A DNA stretch of 64,000 nucleotides from an uncultured Bacteroides sp. (GCA_949285025.1 CASDXG010000015.1:10754-74753); one strand, 5' to 3'. Positions 10,909 to 21,811 are shown, counted from the first letter of the stretch. Translations and numbers: made by a program. Notes: generated by a model not told the origin, from the letters alone.

Positions 10909-11655
10909 TTACTTATTATGTTCACGAATAAACATATCCAATGCTGCCGGCATGGAAGGCGCTACTGTATTTGGTGCTTCCAGATCAAGCCGCAAACCTG
11001 CTTCCCGTACTGCTTTTGCTGTTGTAGGCCCGAAACTTCCGATTGCAATATCTTTTTGTTCGAAGTTAGGGAAGTTTTTCATTAGTGATTGTATTCCAGC
11101 AGGGCTAAAAAATATAAGCATATCGTAGTCAAATTGCTCTTCCGGCGTAAAATCATTGCTTACTGTACGGTACATGACAGCTTCCGTATGTTGAATGTGG
11201 TGTTTGTCAAGCAAATCTTTCACTTCATCATTGTGTACATCCGACATTGGGATGAAATATTTTTCAGTATCATGTTTGACAATAAGCGGCATCAAATCGG
11301 CGAATTTCCCTGTTGTTCCGAAAAATACCTTGCGTTTGCGGTATTGGACATACTTTTGAATATATAAAGCTATTTGTTCGGATGTGCAAAAGTATTTCAT
11401 GCTTTCCGGAATAGTTACGCGTAAATCGACGCAAAGATTGAAGAAATGGTCAATTGCATGTCGGGAGGTAAATATAACGGCAGTATGATCTAATATGGAA
11501 ACTTTCTGCTGTCTGAATTCTTTTGCCGATAAACTTTGAACTTTTATGAACGGTCTGAAATCTATTTTCACGCCGTATTTCTCAGCGATATCGTAATAAG
11601 GAGACTTTTCTGAGGTCGGTTTTGGCTGAGAAACGAGAACTTTTTTAATCTTCAA
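10909..11655 (-). CDS. hemD: Uroporphyrinogen-III synthase-like protein
   Basis: KVLVSQPKP, IFTSRHAIDHFF and FFSPAGI pattern of Bacteroidetes HemD. Confidence 0.8.
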   Translation of the reverse strand: MKIKKVLVSQPKPTSEKSPYYDIAEKYGVKIDFRPFIKVQSLSAKEFRQQKVSILDHTAVIFTSRHAIDHFFNLCVDLRVTIPESMKYFCTSEQIALYIQKYVQYRKRKVFFGTTGKFADLMPLIVKHDTEKYFIPMSDVHNDEVKDLLDKHHIQHTEAVMYRTVSNDFTPEEQFDYDMLIFFSPAGIQSLMKNFPNFEQKDIAIGSFGPTTAKAVREAGLRLDLEAPNTVAPSMPAALDMFIREHNK

Positions 11656-12473
11656 TGTAGTAAAAAATTAAAATTAGAAATGCTATTAATATATTCCATC
11701 ACTTTCCATAAAAGAAAATCGGGAACTATTTCCAGAGCGCAAAAGTACAAAATTAAATGGATTGCGCCATATAAATTATAAAAAAAGTTCTTGAAGCTTT
11801 TGTAAAACAATAATATTTTACAGCAGATATAAATAACTGTGGCTATTAATAATGAGATATTTAAGTTTAAATGAGAGAAAATGATGGTTATAATGAAAGG
11901 GAAAAGGATGATTGATATGCCGGCATGGAGAAAAATATATCCTTTAAGCCATGTTTTATTTTGTTCTTTGTCAAAAAAAATCCAATTGATGAATCTGTAT
12001 AATGTGTATTTACAGCAATAGAGAAGTGCTATTAAAATAGTATAAATGCTTAAAAGAATTTCGTGAGAAACTTGATGTGATAGCGGTATATTTGTGGATG
12101 TAAAGTAATGGAAAAACCAAATTCCGCACAAAACACAGCTGATTCCGGTTAAAATGGTAAAGTATCTTATATCGGGTTTTAACGATAAGTGATAATGATG
12201 GTTGTGTTCTTTGTGCTGGATGAAATCAGACATTTGTTGTTTTAATGATACCTTTGCCTTTTTTAATGCGTGACAAAATAGGATAAAACAAAGTAACAAT
12301 GGAATGATTATGGCCGGGTCGGAATAGAGATGTTCGGGGCGGGGTTCTCCTTTCATTCCCAAGATATCCGGACTTTGGGAGTATTCAGTAAAAACCTTTC
12401 CGCTTCGTTTCAGGAGCAGACCGTGTTCTTTTGTTACGCATTCTTGCTGTAATATATGGCAAATATTGTTCAT
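11652..12473 (-). CDS. DUF4271-like membrane protein
   Basis: Multiple TM helices, C-terminal HLILYFCALEIVP motif, position upstream of hemD. Confidence 0.7.
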   Translation of the reverse strand: MNNICHILQQECVTKEHGLLLKRSGKVFTEYSQSPDILGMKGEPRPEHLYSDPAIIIPLLLCFILFCHALKKAKVSLKQQMSDFIQHKEHNHHYHLSLKPDIRYFTILTGISCVLCGIWFFHYFTSTNIPLSHQVSHEILLSIYTILIALLYCCKYTLYRFINWIFFDKEQNKTWLKGYIFLHAGISIILFPFIITIIFSHLNLNISLLIATVIYICCKILLFYKSFKNFFYNLYGAIHLILYFCALEIVPDFLLWKVMEYINSISNFNFLLH

Positions 12474-13057
12474 ATTACGGCGAATTTACTTATGGTATTA
12501 TCCCATATGGGAGTATGATATAAAAGTTCGATACTTTCTTCCGGAGTGGAAGATACGCGCCATATTTGGTGATGCTCATTGCGCATGAAGTGTTCCGTAA
12601 TGGCATGTTCCAACATATCCAGCAGTGAGTTGTAGAATCCGTCGGTATTGAGTATGATGATTGGTTTCGGGTATAATCCAAGTTGTTTCCACGTGATGAT
12701 TTCAAGTAGCTCTTCCATGGTTCCGCATCCGCCCGGAAGGGCGATTATTCCATCCGACATTTCAGCCATACGGCGTTTTCTTTCATGCATTGTTTCTGTT
12801 TCTATCAGTTGGGTGAGTCCTTTATGATGCCATTCTTGTTTTATCATAAAATGCGGAATAATACCAGTGACTGTACCACCCGACTCTAATGTCGCATCGC
12901 TTATTGCGCCCATTAACCCTTGCCGTCCGGCGCCGTTTATTAAATTGATGTGATGGAGTGCCAACAGCTGACCGAGTCTTTTTGCGGCAGAAAAATAGGT
13001 TTCATTTATCTGTGTGCTCGAAGCACAGTACACACATACATTTTTAATAGGGTTCAT
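12470..13057 (-). CDS. LOG family (TIGR00730) nucleotide phosphoribohydrolase
   Basis: VCVYCASS, MHERK and PGGCGTMEE motifs. Promoter TAtcTTTG at 13086-13093. Confidence 0.9.
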   Translation of the reverse strand: MNPIKNVCVYCASSTQINETYFSAAKRLGQLLALHHINLINGAGRQGLMGAISDATLESGGTVTGIIPHFMIKQEWHHKGLTQLIETETMHERKRRMAEMSDGIIALPGGCGTMEELLEIITWKQLGLYPKPIIILNTDGFYNSLLDMLEHAITEHFMRNEHHQIWRVSSTPEESIELLYHTPIWDNTISKFAVI

Positions 13058-13116
13058 AAGGGTGTTTATTGAATGATAGCCGGTACAAAGATAGAGATTT
13101 AATGGAAGAGAAAAAA

Positions 13117-13175
13117 AGAGACAGGCGCGAATCCGATTGTTTATTTTGTTGTTTCATCGGTTCGTGCCTGTCTTT
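13117..13175 (-). terminator. Terminator downstream of metK
   Basis: agacaggcgcgaatccgat...atcggttcgtgcctgtct stem with adjacent A-run (U-tract on - strand). Confidence 0.7.
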
Positions 13176-13193
13176 ATGTCCGAATGTCTGTGT

Positions 13194-14489
13194 TTACTTT
13201 AGTTTGAAAGCATTTTTTACTTTATCTACATAGTCTAATTTTTCCCATGTAAAGAGCTCTACTTCGACAGTTTTATTGCCTTCATAGATTGATTGGAAGT
13301 GTTTGGTGACGATTTTTGGTTCACGTCCCATATGCCCGTATGCTGCTGTTTCGCTGTAGATGGGGTTACGAAGTTTTAAGCGTTCTTCGATGGCATGTGG
13401 ACGCATGTCGAATATTTCGTTTATTTTCTGTGCTATTTCTCCATCGCTTATGGCAACATTGCTCCGTCCGTAGGTGTTGACGTAGATATTAATGGGTTGT
13501 GCTACGCCGATAGCATACGAAACTTGTACCAGAATTTCATCGGCAACACCCGCAGCAACAAGGTTTTTTGCTATATGACGTGCTGCGTAAGCTGCACTTC
13601 GGTCTACTTTGCTTGGGTCTTTTCCCGAGAAAGCACCACCGCCATGTGCTCCTGCACCTCCATAGGTATCGACAATAATTTTACGGCCTGTCAGCCCTGT
13701 ATCGCCATGAGGTCCTCCGATTACAAATTTTCCGGTGGGATTGACGAGGTAATTTATCTTGTCGTTGAAGAGAGCTAAAACTGACGGATTGTGTATTTCT
13801 GTTATTACTCTTGGCATAAGTATTTCGATGATGTCTTTTTTTATCTGAGACAACATTTCTTCATCGGCCTTGAGCTGTGCTTCTTTCGTCTCGTTTTTCG
13901 GGCAGATAAATTCGTCGTGCTGTGTGGAAATAACGATGGTGTCGATGCGGATGGGGCAGCGGTTGTCATCGTATTCTATGGTTACCTGACTTTTTGCATC
14001 GGGGCGTAAATATGTCATGACTTTCCCTTCTTTGCGGATTTCTGCCAAAACCATTAGTATTTTGTGTGCAAGGTCAAGTGAGAGTGGCATATAGTTTTCC
14101 GTTTCTTTTGTGGCATAACCGAACATCATGCCTTGATCGCCTGCTCCTTGGTTCATCGGGTCTTCGCGTTCTACACCGCGGTTTATGTCGGGACTTTGCT
14201 CATGTATGGCAGAGAAAACACCGCAAGAGTTACCGTCGAACATGTATTCGCTTTTGGTATATCCTATTCGGTTGATAACTTCGCGTGCTACCGTTTGTAA
14301 ATCGATGTAGGCTTTTGTCTTGATTTCTCCGGCAAGAACAACCTGACCAGTGGTAACTAATGTTTCGCATGCGACTTTGGAGTTGGGGTCGTATGCCAGC
14401 AATTTGTCAAGAACTGCGTCAGAAATCTGATCGGCTACTTTGTCAGGATGTCCTTCAGATACGGATTCGGATGTAAATAGATATCCCAT
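13194..14489 (-). CDS. metK: S-adenosylmethionine synthetase
   Basis: [19 protein letters not shown] and GGGAFSGKD motifs. Confidence 0.98.
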   Translation of the reverse strand: MGYLFTSESVSEGHPDKVADQISDAVLDKLLAYDPNSKVACETLVTTGQVVLAGEIKTKAYIDLQTVAREVINRIGYTKSEYMFDGNSCGVFSAIHEQSPDINRGVEREDPMNQGAGDQGMMFGYATKETENYMPLSLDLAHKILMVLAEIRKEGKVMTYLRPDAKSQVTIEYDDNRCPIRIDTIVISTQHDEFICPKNETKEAQLKADEEMLSQIKKDIIEILMPRVITEIHNPSVLALFNDKINYLVNPTGKFVIGGPHGDTGLTGRKIIVDTYGGAGAHGGGAFSGKDPSKVDRSAAYAARHIAKNLVAAGVADEILVQVSYAIGVAQPINIYVNTYGRSNVAISDGEIAQKINEIFDMRPHAIEERLKLRNPIYSETAAYGHMGREPKIVTKHFQSIYEGNKTVEVELFTWEKLDYVDKVKNAFKLK

Positions 14490-14574
14490 AATTTGTTAAA
14501 AATTAGAAGTGTTGATGTAATTAATATCCGTGTACGGATGAGAGTAGGGGAATCTATATAGGAAAGTCGCGAAT

Positions 14575-14625
14575 GTTTTTTAGCATTTTTTTCCGTGGTT
14601 GCAAGCTACTCAAATCTGTCCACCT
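14575..14625 (-). ncRNA. SAM-II riboswitch in metK leader
   Basis: Reverse complement GGTGGACAGATTTGAGTAGCTTGCAACCACGGAAAAAAATGCTAAAAAA has the GTGG/CCAC stem and the GATTT, TTGCAA and GCTAAA elements of SAM-II. It lies just downstream of a TAccTTTG promoter (14639-14646). Confidence 0.85.
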
Positions 14626-14711
14626 TTTAAATTTCGGGCAAAGGTACATAAAAATGCCGAGATGAAGAAAAGAAAAGAATGGAAAATGTTCAGAAAAACA
14701 TTTCGATGTTT

Positions 14712-15164
14712 TTAAAGGAATTCTTTCAGCTTTTTGTGAAAGACCGGATGAATAATGTCAGGAGCGATTTCAGCCAATGGAATCATCACGAAAGGTCTTT
14801 GCGTCATTAGCGGGTGTGGAATGGTCAGTTCTGTCGTCTGGATGGTCAGTGAATCGTAAAGTAATAGGTCGATGTCGATGATGCGGTCGTGGTAAATATG
14901 GTTTTTTGTTTTTTGTGTCCGTCCGGTAATTTTTTCAATCTCTTGAGTTGTGTGTAAGACTTCTGTAGGGGATAAGTCGGTTTGCACGCAGATTGCAGCA
15001 TTTAGAAACATGTTTTCTGAAGAAAAGCCCCAAGGTTCTGTTTCATAAAAAGAAGATAGGGATATGATTTTCCCTATCTTTCTGTTTATGTTTTCTACGG
15101 CTGCGTGTATATTTTCTTCTTTGTTTCCCAGATTAGTTCCTAATCCAAGGTAGACAATATGCAT
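14712..15164 (-). CDS. folK: 2-amino-4-hydroxy-6-hydroxymethyldihydropteridine diphosphokinase
   Basis: YLGLGTNLG, YETEPWG, RIIDIDLL and PHP motifs. Confidence 0.95.
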   Translation of the reverse strand: MHIVYLGLGTNLGNKEENIHAAVENINRKIGKIISLSSFYETEPWGFSSENMFLNAAICVQTDLSPTEVLHTTQEIEKITGRTQKTKNHIYHDRIIDIDLLLYDSLTIQTTELTIPHPLMTQRPFVMIPLAEIAPDIIHPVFHKKLKEFL

Positions 15165-15179
15165 ATGCTGTTATCGGTT

Positions 15180-16235
15180 TTATTTGTCTAAAATCAACAT
15201 GGCATCGCCGTAGCTTCCAAAGCGATAGCCTTCTTTCAGAGCAGTGTTGTAGGCTTCCATTATGAGTTCATAGCCTCCGTAGGCGCAAACCAGCATTAAC
15301 ATGGAAGAATATGGCATGTGGAAATTGCTGACCATTGCATTGGCTACGGAAAATTCATACGGGGGGAAGATAAATTTGTTTGTCCATCCTTCGAATTCTT
15401 TCAGGTGTCCGTCTGTTCCTACCGCTGTTTCTATGCTTCTCATAACGCTGGTTCCTACGGCACAGACTTTATTTTCACGGTCTTTGGCTGCATTTACTAT
15501 GCGGCAAGCATCGGCGTTTATGAACATTTGTTCAGAGTCCATTTTATGCTTTGTCAGGTCTTCTACATCAATATCACGGAAATTTCCAAGTCCGGCATGC
15601 ATAGTGATGAATGCAAAGTCGATACCCTTTATTTCCATTCTTTTCATTAATTCCCGGCTGAAATGCAGTCCGGCTGCTGGAGCTGTTACGGCTCCTTCAT
15701 TTTTAGCAAAGATTGTTTGAAATCGTTCTTCGTCTTCCGGTTCCGCCGGCCGCTTGATATATGGGGGAAGAGGAGCTTCTCCCAAGCTGTAAAGAACCTT
15801 TTTGAATTCATCGTGCGGGCCATCGTATAAAAAGCGTAATGTACGTCCTCTTGATGTCGTGTTGTCGATTACTTCGGCAACCATTGAGTCGTCTTCGCCG
15901 AAATATAGTTTGTTTCCTATTCGGATTTTCCGTGCCGGATCCACCAATACGTCCCAAAGCCGGAATTCTTCATTCAATTCACGTAGGAGAAAAACCTCAA
16001 TGCGTGCACCGGTTTTTTCTTTGTTTCCGTAAAGTCTGGCCGGGAAAACTTTTGTATCGTTGAAAATAAATACATCTTTGTCGTCGAAGTAGTTCAGAAT
16101 ATCTTTGAACATAACGTGTTCAATTTCTCCGGTGGCTTTGTGAACCACCATTAATCTTGATTCATCCCGATAGTGTGTCGGGTACAACGCAATCTGTTCT
16201 TCCGGAAGTTTGAATTTGAATTGTGATAGTTTCAT
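15180..16235 (-). CDS. queA: SAM:tRNA ribosyltransferase-isomerase
   Basis: [30 protein letters not shown] and [10 protein letters not shown] motifs. Confidence 0.95.
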   Translation of the reverse strand: MKLSQFKFKLPEEQIALYPTHYRDESRLMVVHKATGEIEHVMFKDILNYFDDKDVFIFNDTKVFPARLYGNKEKTGARIEVFLLRELNEEFRLWDVLVDPARKIRIGNKLYFGEDDSMVAEVIDNTTSRGRTLRFLYDGPHDEFKKVLYSLGEAPLPPYIKRPAEPEDEERFQTIFAKNEGAVTAPAAGLHFSRELMKRMEIKGIDFAFITMHAGLGNFRDIDVEDLTKHKMDSEQMFINADACRIVNAAKDRENKVCAVGTSVMRSIETAVGTDGHLKEFEGWTNKFIFPPYEFSVANAMVSNFHMPYSSMLMLVCAYGGYELIMEAYNTALKEGYRFGSYGDAMLILDK

Positions 16236-16247
16236 ATGCTTCTTTCC

Positions 16248-16952
16248 TTAATCATTTGTATTTTCTATTTCTTGTTCTTCAAGCCATTGTGGAAAAGTTT
16301 CTACATCCATGCAGTCGGATAGTGTAACGTTTCCCACCCGTGTCCGTATTAGGCCGGTCAGGTATGCCCCGCTTTCCAATGCTTTCCCGATGTCTCTTGC
16401 CAAAGCCCGTATATATGTTCCTTTGCTGCACACGACACGGATTTTGACAATGGGAAGGTTATATTCTAATAATTCTATTTCATCTATGGTTAAAGTCTTT
16501 GGTTTTAAGGGGACTTCATCTCCGTTTCTTGCAAGGTCATATGCGCGTCTTCCGTCAATCTTGCAGGCGGAGAAGGAGGGAGGCACTTGTTCTATGGTTC
16601 CGATAAAACGTTGCAACACGGATTCTACCCGTTCTTTTGTAATATGTTCGGTAGGATAGGTGGCATCGATTTCTTTTTCCATGTCAAAAGAAGGAGTTGT
16701 TGCTCCGAGACATAACGTTGCAACATATTCTTTTGTGTGGTGTTGGAATTCTTCGATACGTTTTGTTGCTTTGCCCGTGCAGATGATTATGACTCCGGTG
16801 GCCAAAGGGTCGAGTGTTCCGGCATGTCCTACTTTTATTTTCTTCAGCTCGAGTTTACGGCTTATGTGGTATCTTATTTTGTTCACAACAGCAAAGGATG
16901 TCCATTTTAACGGCTTGTTAATATATAATATTTCTCCTTCTTTGAAATTCAT
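16248..16952 (-). CDS. truB: tRNA pseudouridine(55) synthase
   Basis: KVGHAGTLDPLATG and CSKGTYIR motifs. Confidence 0.96.
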   Translation of the reverse strand: MNFKEGEILYINKPLKWTSFAVVNKIRYHISRKLELKKIKVGHAGTLDPLATGVIIICTGKATKRIEEFQHHTKEYVATLCLGATTPSFDMEKEIDATYPTEHITKERVESVLQRFIGTIEQVPPSFSACKIDGRRAYDLARNGDEVPLKPKTLTIDEIELLEYNLPIVKIRVVCSKGTYIRALARDIGKALESGAYLTGLIRTRVGNVTLSDCMDVETFPQWLEEQEIENTND

Positions 16953-16964
16953 ATATCGTTGGGT

Positions 16965-17768
16965 TTAGGATAATAAACTGTATAATACCGTTGCTATTCC
17001 TACAACAGCACAGTAAATGCCGAAATAAATCAGTTTCCCTTTCTTTACAATGTTGATCATCCATTTGCATGCAATACATCCGGCAATGAAAGCAGCTACA
17101 AAGCCGACAGCCAGTGACAGTACAGATACTTCGGCGTTTGCTGCAGAAGCCTCTTTTACGATTTTAATTCCGTCCAATAAAGCTTCTCCAATAATGGGAG
17201 GTATTACCATAAGAAACGAGAATTGTGCGAGAGTTTCTTTTTTGTTTCCTAAAAGGAGTCCTGTTGCAATGGTGGTACCGGAGCGCGAGAGTCCGGGAAG
17301 AACGGCGCATGCTTGTGAGAGTCCGATAATGAATGCATCCTTTTTACTTATATTTTCCTTTATACGCGGTTTGGCATAATAAGAAAAGGCAAGCAGAATT
17401 GCCGTACATAGCAACATGATTCCCACAATCAGTAATCCGGAACCGAAGATTTGTTCTACATAATCTTTAAAGAACAACCCGATCACGGCGACAGGAATCA
17501 TTGAAATCAGTATGTTGATGAAGTATTGTGTTTCATCGTTCATGCGGAATTTAAACAGTCCTTTCAGTAGCCATGTGATTTCTTTGTGAAGAATAACCAG
17601 TGTGCTCAATACCGTTGCAATGTGAACAACGATGGTGAAAGTAAGATTGTCTTCGCCTTCTATTCCGAAAAGTGCGGAGCCTATGGCCAAATGTCCGCTG
17701 CTGCTTACGGGAAGGTATTCCGTCAAGCCTTGTAAGATGCCTAAGATAAGTGCTTCAATCCAATTCAT
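16965..17768 (-). CDS. uppP: Undecaprenyl-diphosphate phosphatase
   Basis: [15 protein letters not shown] and PGLSRSG motifs. Confidence 0.95.
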   Translation of the reverse strand: MNWIEALILGILQGLTEYLPVSSSGHLAIGSALFGIEGEDNLTFTIVVHIATVLSTLVILHKEITWLLKGLFKFRMNDETQYFINILISMIPVAVIGLFFKDYVEQIFGSGLLIVGIMLLCTAILLAFSYYAKPRIKENISKKDAFIIGLSQACAVLPGLSRSGTTIATGLLLGNKKETLAQFSFLMVIPPIIGEALLDGIKIVKEASAANAEVSVLSLAVGFVAAFIAGCIACKWMINIVKKGKLIYFGIYCAVVGIATVLYSLLS

Positions 17769-17785
17769 AATCTGTTGTTTTTTTG

Positions 17786-18016
17786 TTATTTTTTATCGGA
17801 GGGTTTGTGTAATATTCCGTAAATCATAAAGACGAATCCGAAAAAACATATAAATGGAGCGATTTTCGTTCTTCGTGTACTGAAGATATCTGCTTCGAAT
17901 GTTGTTTCAGTGGAACCCGGTCCTGTCATCAGCAAAAAACCGATAATAATGATAATCATGCCGATTCCTAATAAAATGAAATTCTTTTTGTTGAAAGCCA
18001 AGTTTTGTTTGTCCAT
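17786..18016 (-). CDS. DUF3098-like small membrane protein
   Basis: Two TM helices, [10 protein letters not shown] and IFSTRR motifs, position between ftsX and uppP. Confidence 0.75.
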   Translation of the reverse strand: MDKQNLAFNKKNFILLGIGMIIIIIGFLLMTGPGSTETTFEADIFSTRRTKIAPFICFFGFVFMIYGILHKPSDKK

Positions 18017-18035
18017 ATTGTTTCTTATATTGTTT

Positions 18036-18902
18036 TTATTTATATAATTCGCTGACTTTCATCCGTAAATATTTATTTATGGAGATGAGAGCGCAGAATG
18101 TTGTGATAAAGATTCCGAATATTAATACGGTTCCTGCAACAGTTATGACCACACCGGGCGTAATGATTTCAACCAGGTCGGGTTCATATTGTATGCAGAA
18201 ATAGGCTGCGGTTGCCAGAAGAATGTCGGCTATTATAGCGGATAACAGGCCGATTCTGATATTATACGTAAGAAAAGGCCGTCGGATAAAAGCCCGGCTT
18301 GCTCCTACTAATTTCATCGTATGAATGAGAAAACGCTTTGAATAGACTGTAAGGCGAATTGTATTGTTGATAAGAGCGAAAGAAATCATTGTAAGCAATG
18401 CGGCCAATCCTAATAAGAAGAAACTGATTTTTTTTATATTCCGGTTCACGGCGTCCATAAGATCTTTGGGATAATCTATTTCGAGAATGTGTTTGTCGGA
18501 TAAGATTTCCTTCTTTATCTTTTCTATACTGTCTGTATTGGCATAATCCGCATTGAGTTTTACTTCATAGGAGGCATTAAACGGATTATATCCGAGAAAC
18601 TCTGCCGGATCGGTTCCCATCGCTTCTGTCTGTTCTTTGAGGGCCTGTTCTTTGGATATATAGTTTGTTTGTTTTACGTATGGCTTGGAATTTAATGATT
18701 TTCGGAAATCAGATAAGTCTGTTTCTTTCATGTCATCGCTGATTAGTATCGAAAGTGCAATGTTTTCACGTACATATACGGATAAATTGTTTGCCGTCAG
18801 CAAAAAAAAGACAACCCCTCCTAATAACAAAAGTACCAGTGTGGTACTGATACTTGCTGTTATGAATTGCATGTTGAACAGTGTACCTATTTTTTTACTC
18901 AT
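18036..18902 (-). CDS. ftsX: Cell division permease FtsX
   Basis: YISKEQAL, LGYNP and INNTIRL...TMKLVGAS...IRRPF motifs. Likely ATG at 18902 overlaps the upstream stop. Confidence 0.9.
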   Translation of the reverse strand: MSKKIGTLFNMQFITASISTTLVLLLLGGVVFFLLTANNLSVYVRENIALSILISDDMKETDLSDFRKSLNSKPYVKQTNYISKEQALKEQTEAMGTDPAEFLGYNPFNASYEVKLNADYANTDSIEKIKKEILSDKHILEIDYPKDLMDAVNRNIKKISFFLLGLAALLTMISFALINNTIRLTVYSKRFLIHTMKLVGASRAFIRRPFLTYNIRIGLLSAIIADILLATAAYFCIQYEPDLVEIITPGVVITVAGTVLIFGIFITTFCALISINKYLRMKVSELYK

Positions 18903-19801
18903 AATTGTTTCTTTCTGAATATGTAAATGATGGAGCTGCTTTGTTCTTTTCTTGCCATAGAAGAAAGCCATCCTTTTGTGCCGTTTATCAAGCCTTTTAA
19001 TAAAGGAGAACGGCTTTTTTTATATTTTTCCGTGAGGATGGAAATATAAAAGACATCGAATGGCATAGCATGTGTCTCTGCTAAAATAAATCCGTGTTTC
19101 GCGCCGAATTGCTGCATTGTTGACGGGGTAAAATGCCAAAGATGTCGCGGTACATCGTAGGCTGCCCACATGTTTTTATATTTATTTGCATCGAAAGAGT
19201 TTGCATTAGGGACAGCTATGAGAAGTATGCCTCGTTCTTTTAGCAGAAAGTTTAGTTTTTCCCATGTCTGATTCAGTCTTTCCAGATGCTCCATGACGTG
19301 CCATAGTGTGATGACATCGAAAGAGTTTTTTTTATAGTCATTCAGCATCTCCGGTTCGTCGACGTGTATTTTAAACTGTTTTTCGGCGAAATTTCTTGCT
19401 TGAGGGCTCTTTTCGGTTGCATAAACCTGCCATCCTCTTTTTTTCATGAAGCCGCTAAAGTAGCCGGTTCCGGTGCCGATATCCAGTAAAACACCCTTAT
19501 TCAATCCGCTGATCCGTTCTATCAGACGGGCTTTTTTTGAGAGCATGTATCGGCGAACCTGATGATAAATACTGTTGATAATACCTTTATGTGTGTCTGA
19601 GTGTGAGATATAGTCAGACGTATCATAGTATTTTCCTATTTCTGATTCGCACGGAACATTTTGTGTAAACAGGAAGCCGCAATGTAAACAGCGGCAAATG
19701 TCAAACGATTCGCCGGTTACATAATGGTCGATACATGTGGCAGACTTTTTGAAAAGGGTCTTTCCACATAACGGGCATTCGGTTATGTTTACTATGTTCA
19801 C
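18899..19801 (-). CDS. Class I SAM-dependent methyltransferase with N-terminal Zn-ribbon
   Basis: CPLC...CLHC, LLDIGTGTG, DVITLWHVMEH and PRHLWHF motifs. Start uncertain (GTG 19801 or TTG 19831). Confidence 0.8.
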   Translation of the reverse strand: MNIVNITECPLCGKTLFKKSATCIDHYVTGESFDICRCLHCGFLFTQNVPCESEIGKYYDTSDYISHSDTHKGIINSIYHQVRRYMLSKKARLIERISGLNKGVLLDIGTGTGYFSGFMKKRGWQVYATEKSPQARNFAEKQFKIHVDEPEMLNDYKKNSFDVITLWHVMEHLERLNQTWEKLNFLLKERGILLIAVPNANSFDANKYKNMWAAYDVPRHLWHFTPSTMQQFGAKHGFILAETHAMPFDVFYISILTEKYKKSRSPLLKGLINGTKGWLSSMARKEQSSSIIYIFRKKQL

Positions 19802-19932
19802 TTCTTTCCCTAATTTGCTGCAAAATAACAAATAAATTGGGGATTGACGGAATTTATTTAAAAGTTTTTAAGAGTATTGCATAGAATGGAAAAGAATCTG
19901 TATCTTTACTTCGTATTGTTTAGATCTGAATT

Positions 19933-20142
19933 ATGAAAGGAAATAAAAAACTAACTCGTCCGGCCAATGGAAAGATGTTGGCTGGGGTATGTGCCGGAAT
20001 AGCTAATTTTTTGGGATGGGATGTAACATTATTGCGTATAGTGTATGTGCTCCTGACTTTTCTTACCGTATTTTCCGGTGTGCTTGTTTACCTGTTGTTA
20101 TGGATTCTTATGCCGGTTGCACCTCAAGAGCCGGAAGGATAA
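19933..20142 (+). CDS. PspC domain protein
   Basis: KKLTR...LAGVCAGIANF...YLLLWILMP. Confidence 0.88.
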   Translation: MKGNKKLTRPANGKMLAGVCAGIANFLGWDVTLLRIVYVLLTFLTVFSGVLVYLLLWILMPVAPQEPEG

Positions 20143-20167
20143 ATTTAAATGTTTCCGTCTTTTAAGA

Positions 20168-20208
20168 GAAACATCGCGACGAATGGATGAATCCGTCGCG
20201 ATGTTTTT
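20168..20208. terminator. Bidirectional hairpin between pspC and miaB, also part of a 22-bp motif array
   Basis: aaacatcgcgacg...cgtcgcgatgttt inverted repeat. Confidence 0.65.
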
Positions 20209-20211
20209 ATA

Positions 20212-21585
20212 TTATTCCGTAACCACTTCTCCTTTCAATGTGGCGGAGCTTGCTTCAACGATGCGGACCTTTACAAAATCTCCGGGACGGTATGTTGCTC
20301 TGTCAAAGATAACTACCTTGTTTTGTTCTGTTCTTCCGAAAAGTTGTGCGGTTGACCGTTTTGACACACCTTCAGCCAAGACTTCAAATGTTTGGCCGAT
20401 ATCTTTTTTATTGCTTTCCGCCGAGAGACGGTTCTGCAGGGCGATGAGTTCGTTTAGGCGGCGGATTTTTATTTCTTCCGGCACGTTGTCCGGTAAATGT
20501 TTCGAAGCGTATGTTCCCGGACGTTCTGAGTATTTGAACATGAAAGCAGAATCGTAGGCACATTCCTGCATGAGTGAGAGTGACAGTTGATGGTCTTCTT
20601 CTGTTTCCGAGTGGAATCCGGAAAAAATGTCGGTACTGAGTCCGCAGTCGGGGATAATGTCACGAATCTTTTTCACGCGTTCCAAATACCACTCGCGGGT
20701 ATATTTCCGGTTCATTAACTTTAAGATTCGTGAACTGCCGCTTTGCACGGGCAGGTGGATATGCTTGCAAATATTGGGAACTTCGGCGATGGCGTGCAGT
20801 GTCTCATCGCTCATGTCTTTGGGATGTGAGGTCGTAAAGCGGATACGCATGCCCGGAACCGTTTGGGCAACGGTACGTAACAGCATGGGGAAAGTGATGG
20901 TTTTTCCGTTTGCCTCGAATTTATATGAATTTACATTTTGTCCTAAGAGCGTAACCTCTTTGTATCCTTTCTTTTCTAAATCGCGAACTTCATTCAGTAT
21001 GCTTTCAATGTCACGGCTTCGTTCCCGTCCGCGAGTGTAAGGAACGATACAGTAATGGCAAAAATTATTGCAGCCTCTCATAATAGAGACAAAGCCTGAG
21101 ATATGATTTCCGCATATACGTGAAGGTATAACATCGCGATAGGTCTCGGTTGTCGAAAGGTCTACGTTAATCGCTTTCTCTCCGGCTTCGACCGATGCAA
21201 TCAAATCCGGCAGGGTAAGGTAGGCATCCGGTCCGGCCACGAGGTCAACATGGTGATTCTCTATCAAGTCGTTTTTAACTCGTTCGGCCATACATCCTAA
21301 AACGCCAATAATCATTTTTTTGTGTTTCTTGCGCAATGCGTGAAAAAACTCCAGGCGGTTCAGTATCTTTTGTTCGGCGTTGTCACGAATCGAACACGTA
21401 TTCAGAAATACGGCATCGGCTTCTTCAAGGGTAAAACACGGTTCATATCCGGCCATTTGCATAATCGATGCAACAACTTCACTATCGGCTACATTCATCT
21501 GGCAGCCGTATGTTTCGATAAACAATTTCTTGTTTTTATTTTCGGTTGCAGATTTAAAGTCTGCTCCCGCTTTGTCCTTTGTCAT
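20212..21585 (-). CDS. miaB: tRNA-2-methylthio-N6-dimethylallyladenosine synthase
   Basis: TYGCQMN, NTCSIR, CNNFCHYC radical SAM motif and TRAM domain. Promoter at 21652-21659. Confidence 0.96.
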   Translation of the reverse strand: MTKDKAGADFKSATENKNKKLFIETYGCQMNVADSEVVASIMQMAGYEPCFTLEEADAVFLNTCSIRDNAEQKILNRLEFFHALRKKHKKMIIGVLGCMAERVKNDLIENHHVDLVAGPDAYLTLPDLIASVEAGEKAINVDLSTTETYRDVIPSRICGNHISGFVSIMRGCNNFCHYCIVPYTRGRERSRDIESILNEVRDLEKKGYKEVTLLGQNVNSYKFEANGKTITFPMLLRTVAQTVPGMRIRFTTSHPKDMSDETLHAIAEVPNICKHIHLPVQSGSSRILKLMNRKYTREWYLERVKKIRDIIPDCGLSTDIFSGFHSETEEDHQLSLSLMQECAYDSAFMFKYSERPGTYASKHLPDNVPEEIKIRRLNELIALQNRLSAESNKKDIGQTFEVLAEGVSKRSTAQLFGRTEQNKVVIFDRATYRPGDFVKVRIVEASSATLKGEVVTE

Positions 21586-21811
21586 AAATTACAGAGTAGA
21601 TTGTTTATAATAAAGTTTTATCCGTGAAGATAAGAACGGATAAATATTTTGCAAATATACTAAATCGGGCTGAATACGCCGGCTCTTTCAAGAAAATAAG
21701 TATGGAATATTCTTATAAAAGATAGTTTATGGGATGTGATAAATTGAAATTTTTATATTTCAAAAATAGTTGCTATCTTTGGAAAAACAACCTTTTAATT
21801 GATAAATTCTT

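Noticed and set aside
12684-12700. parS-like sequence tgtttccacgtgatga
   Set aside because: Only the CACGTG core and part of one arm match, and it lies within a coding sequence.
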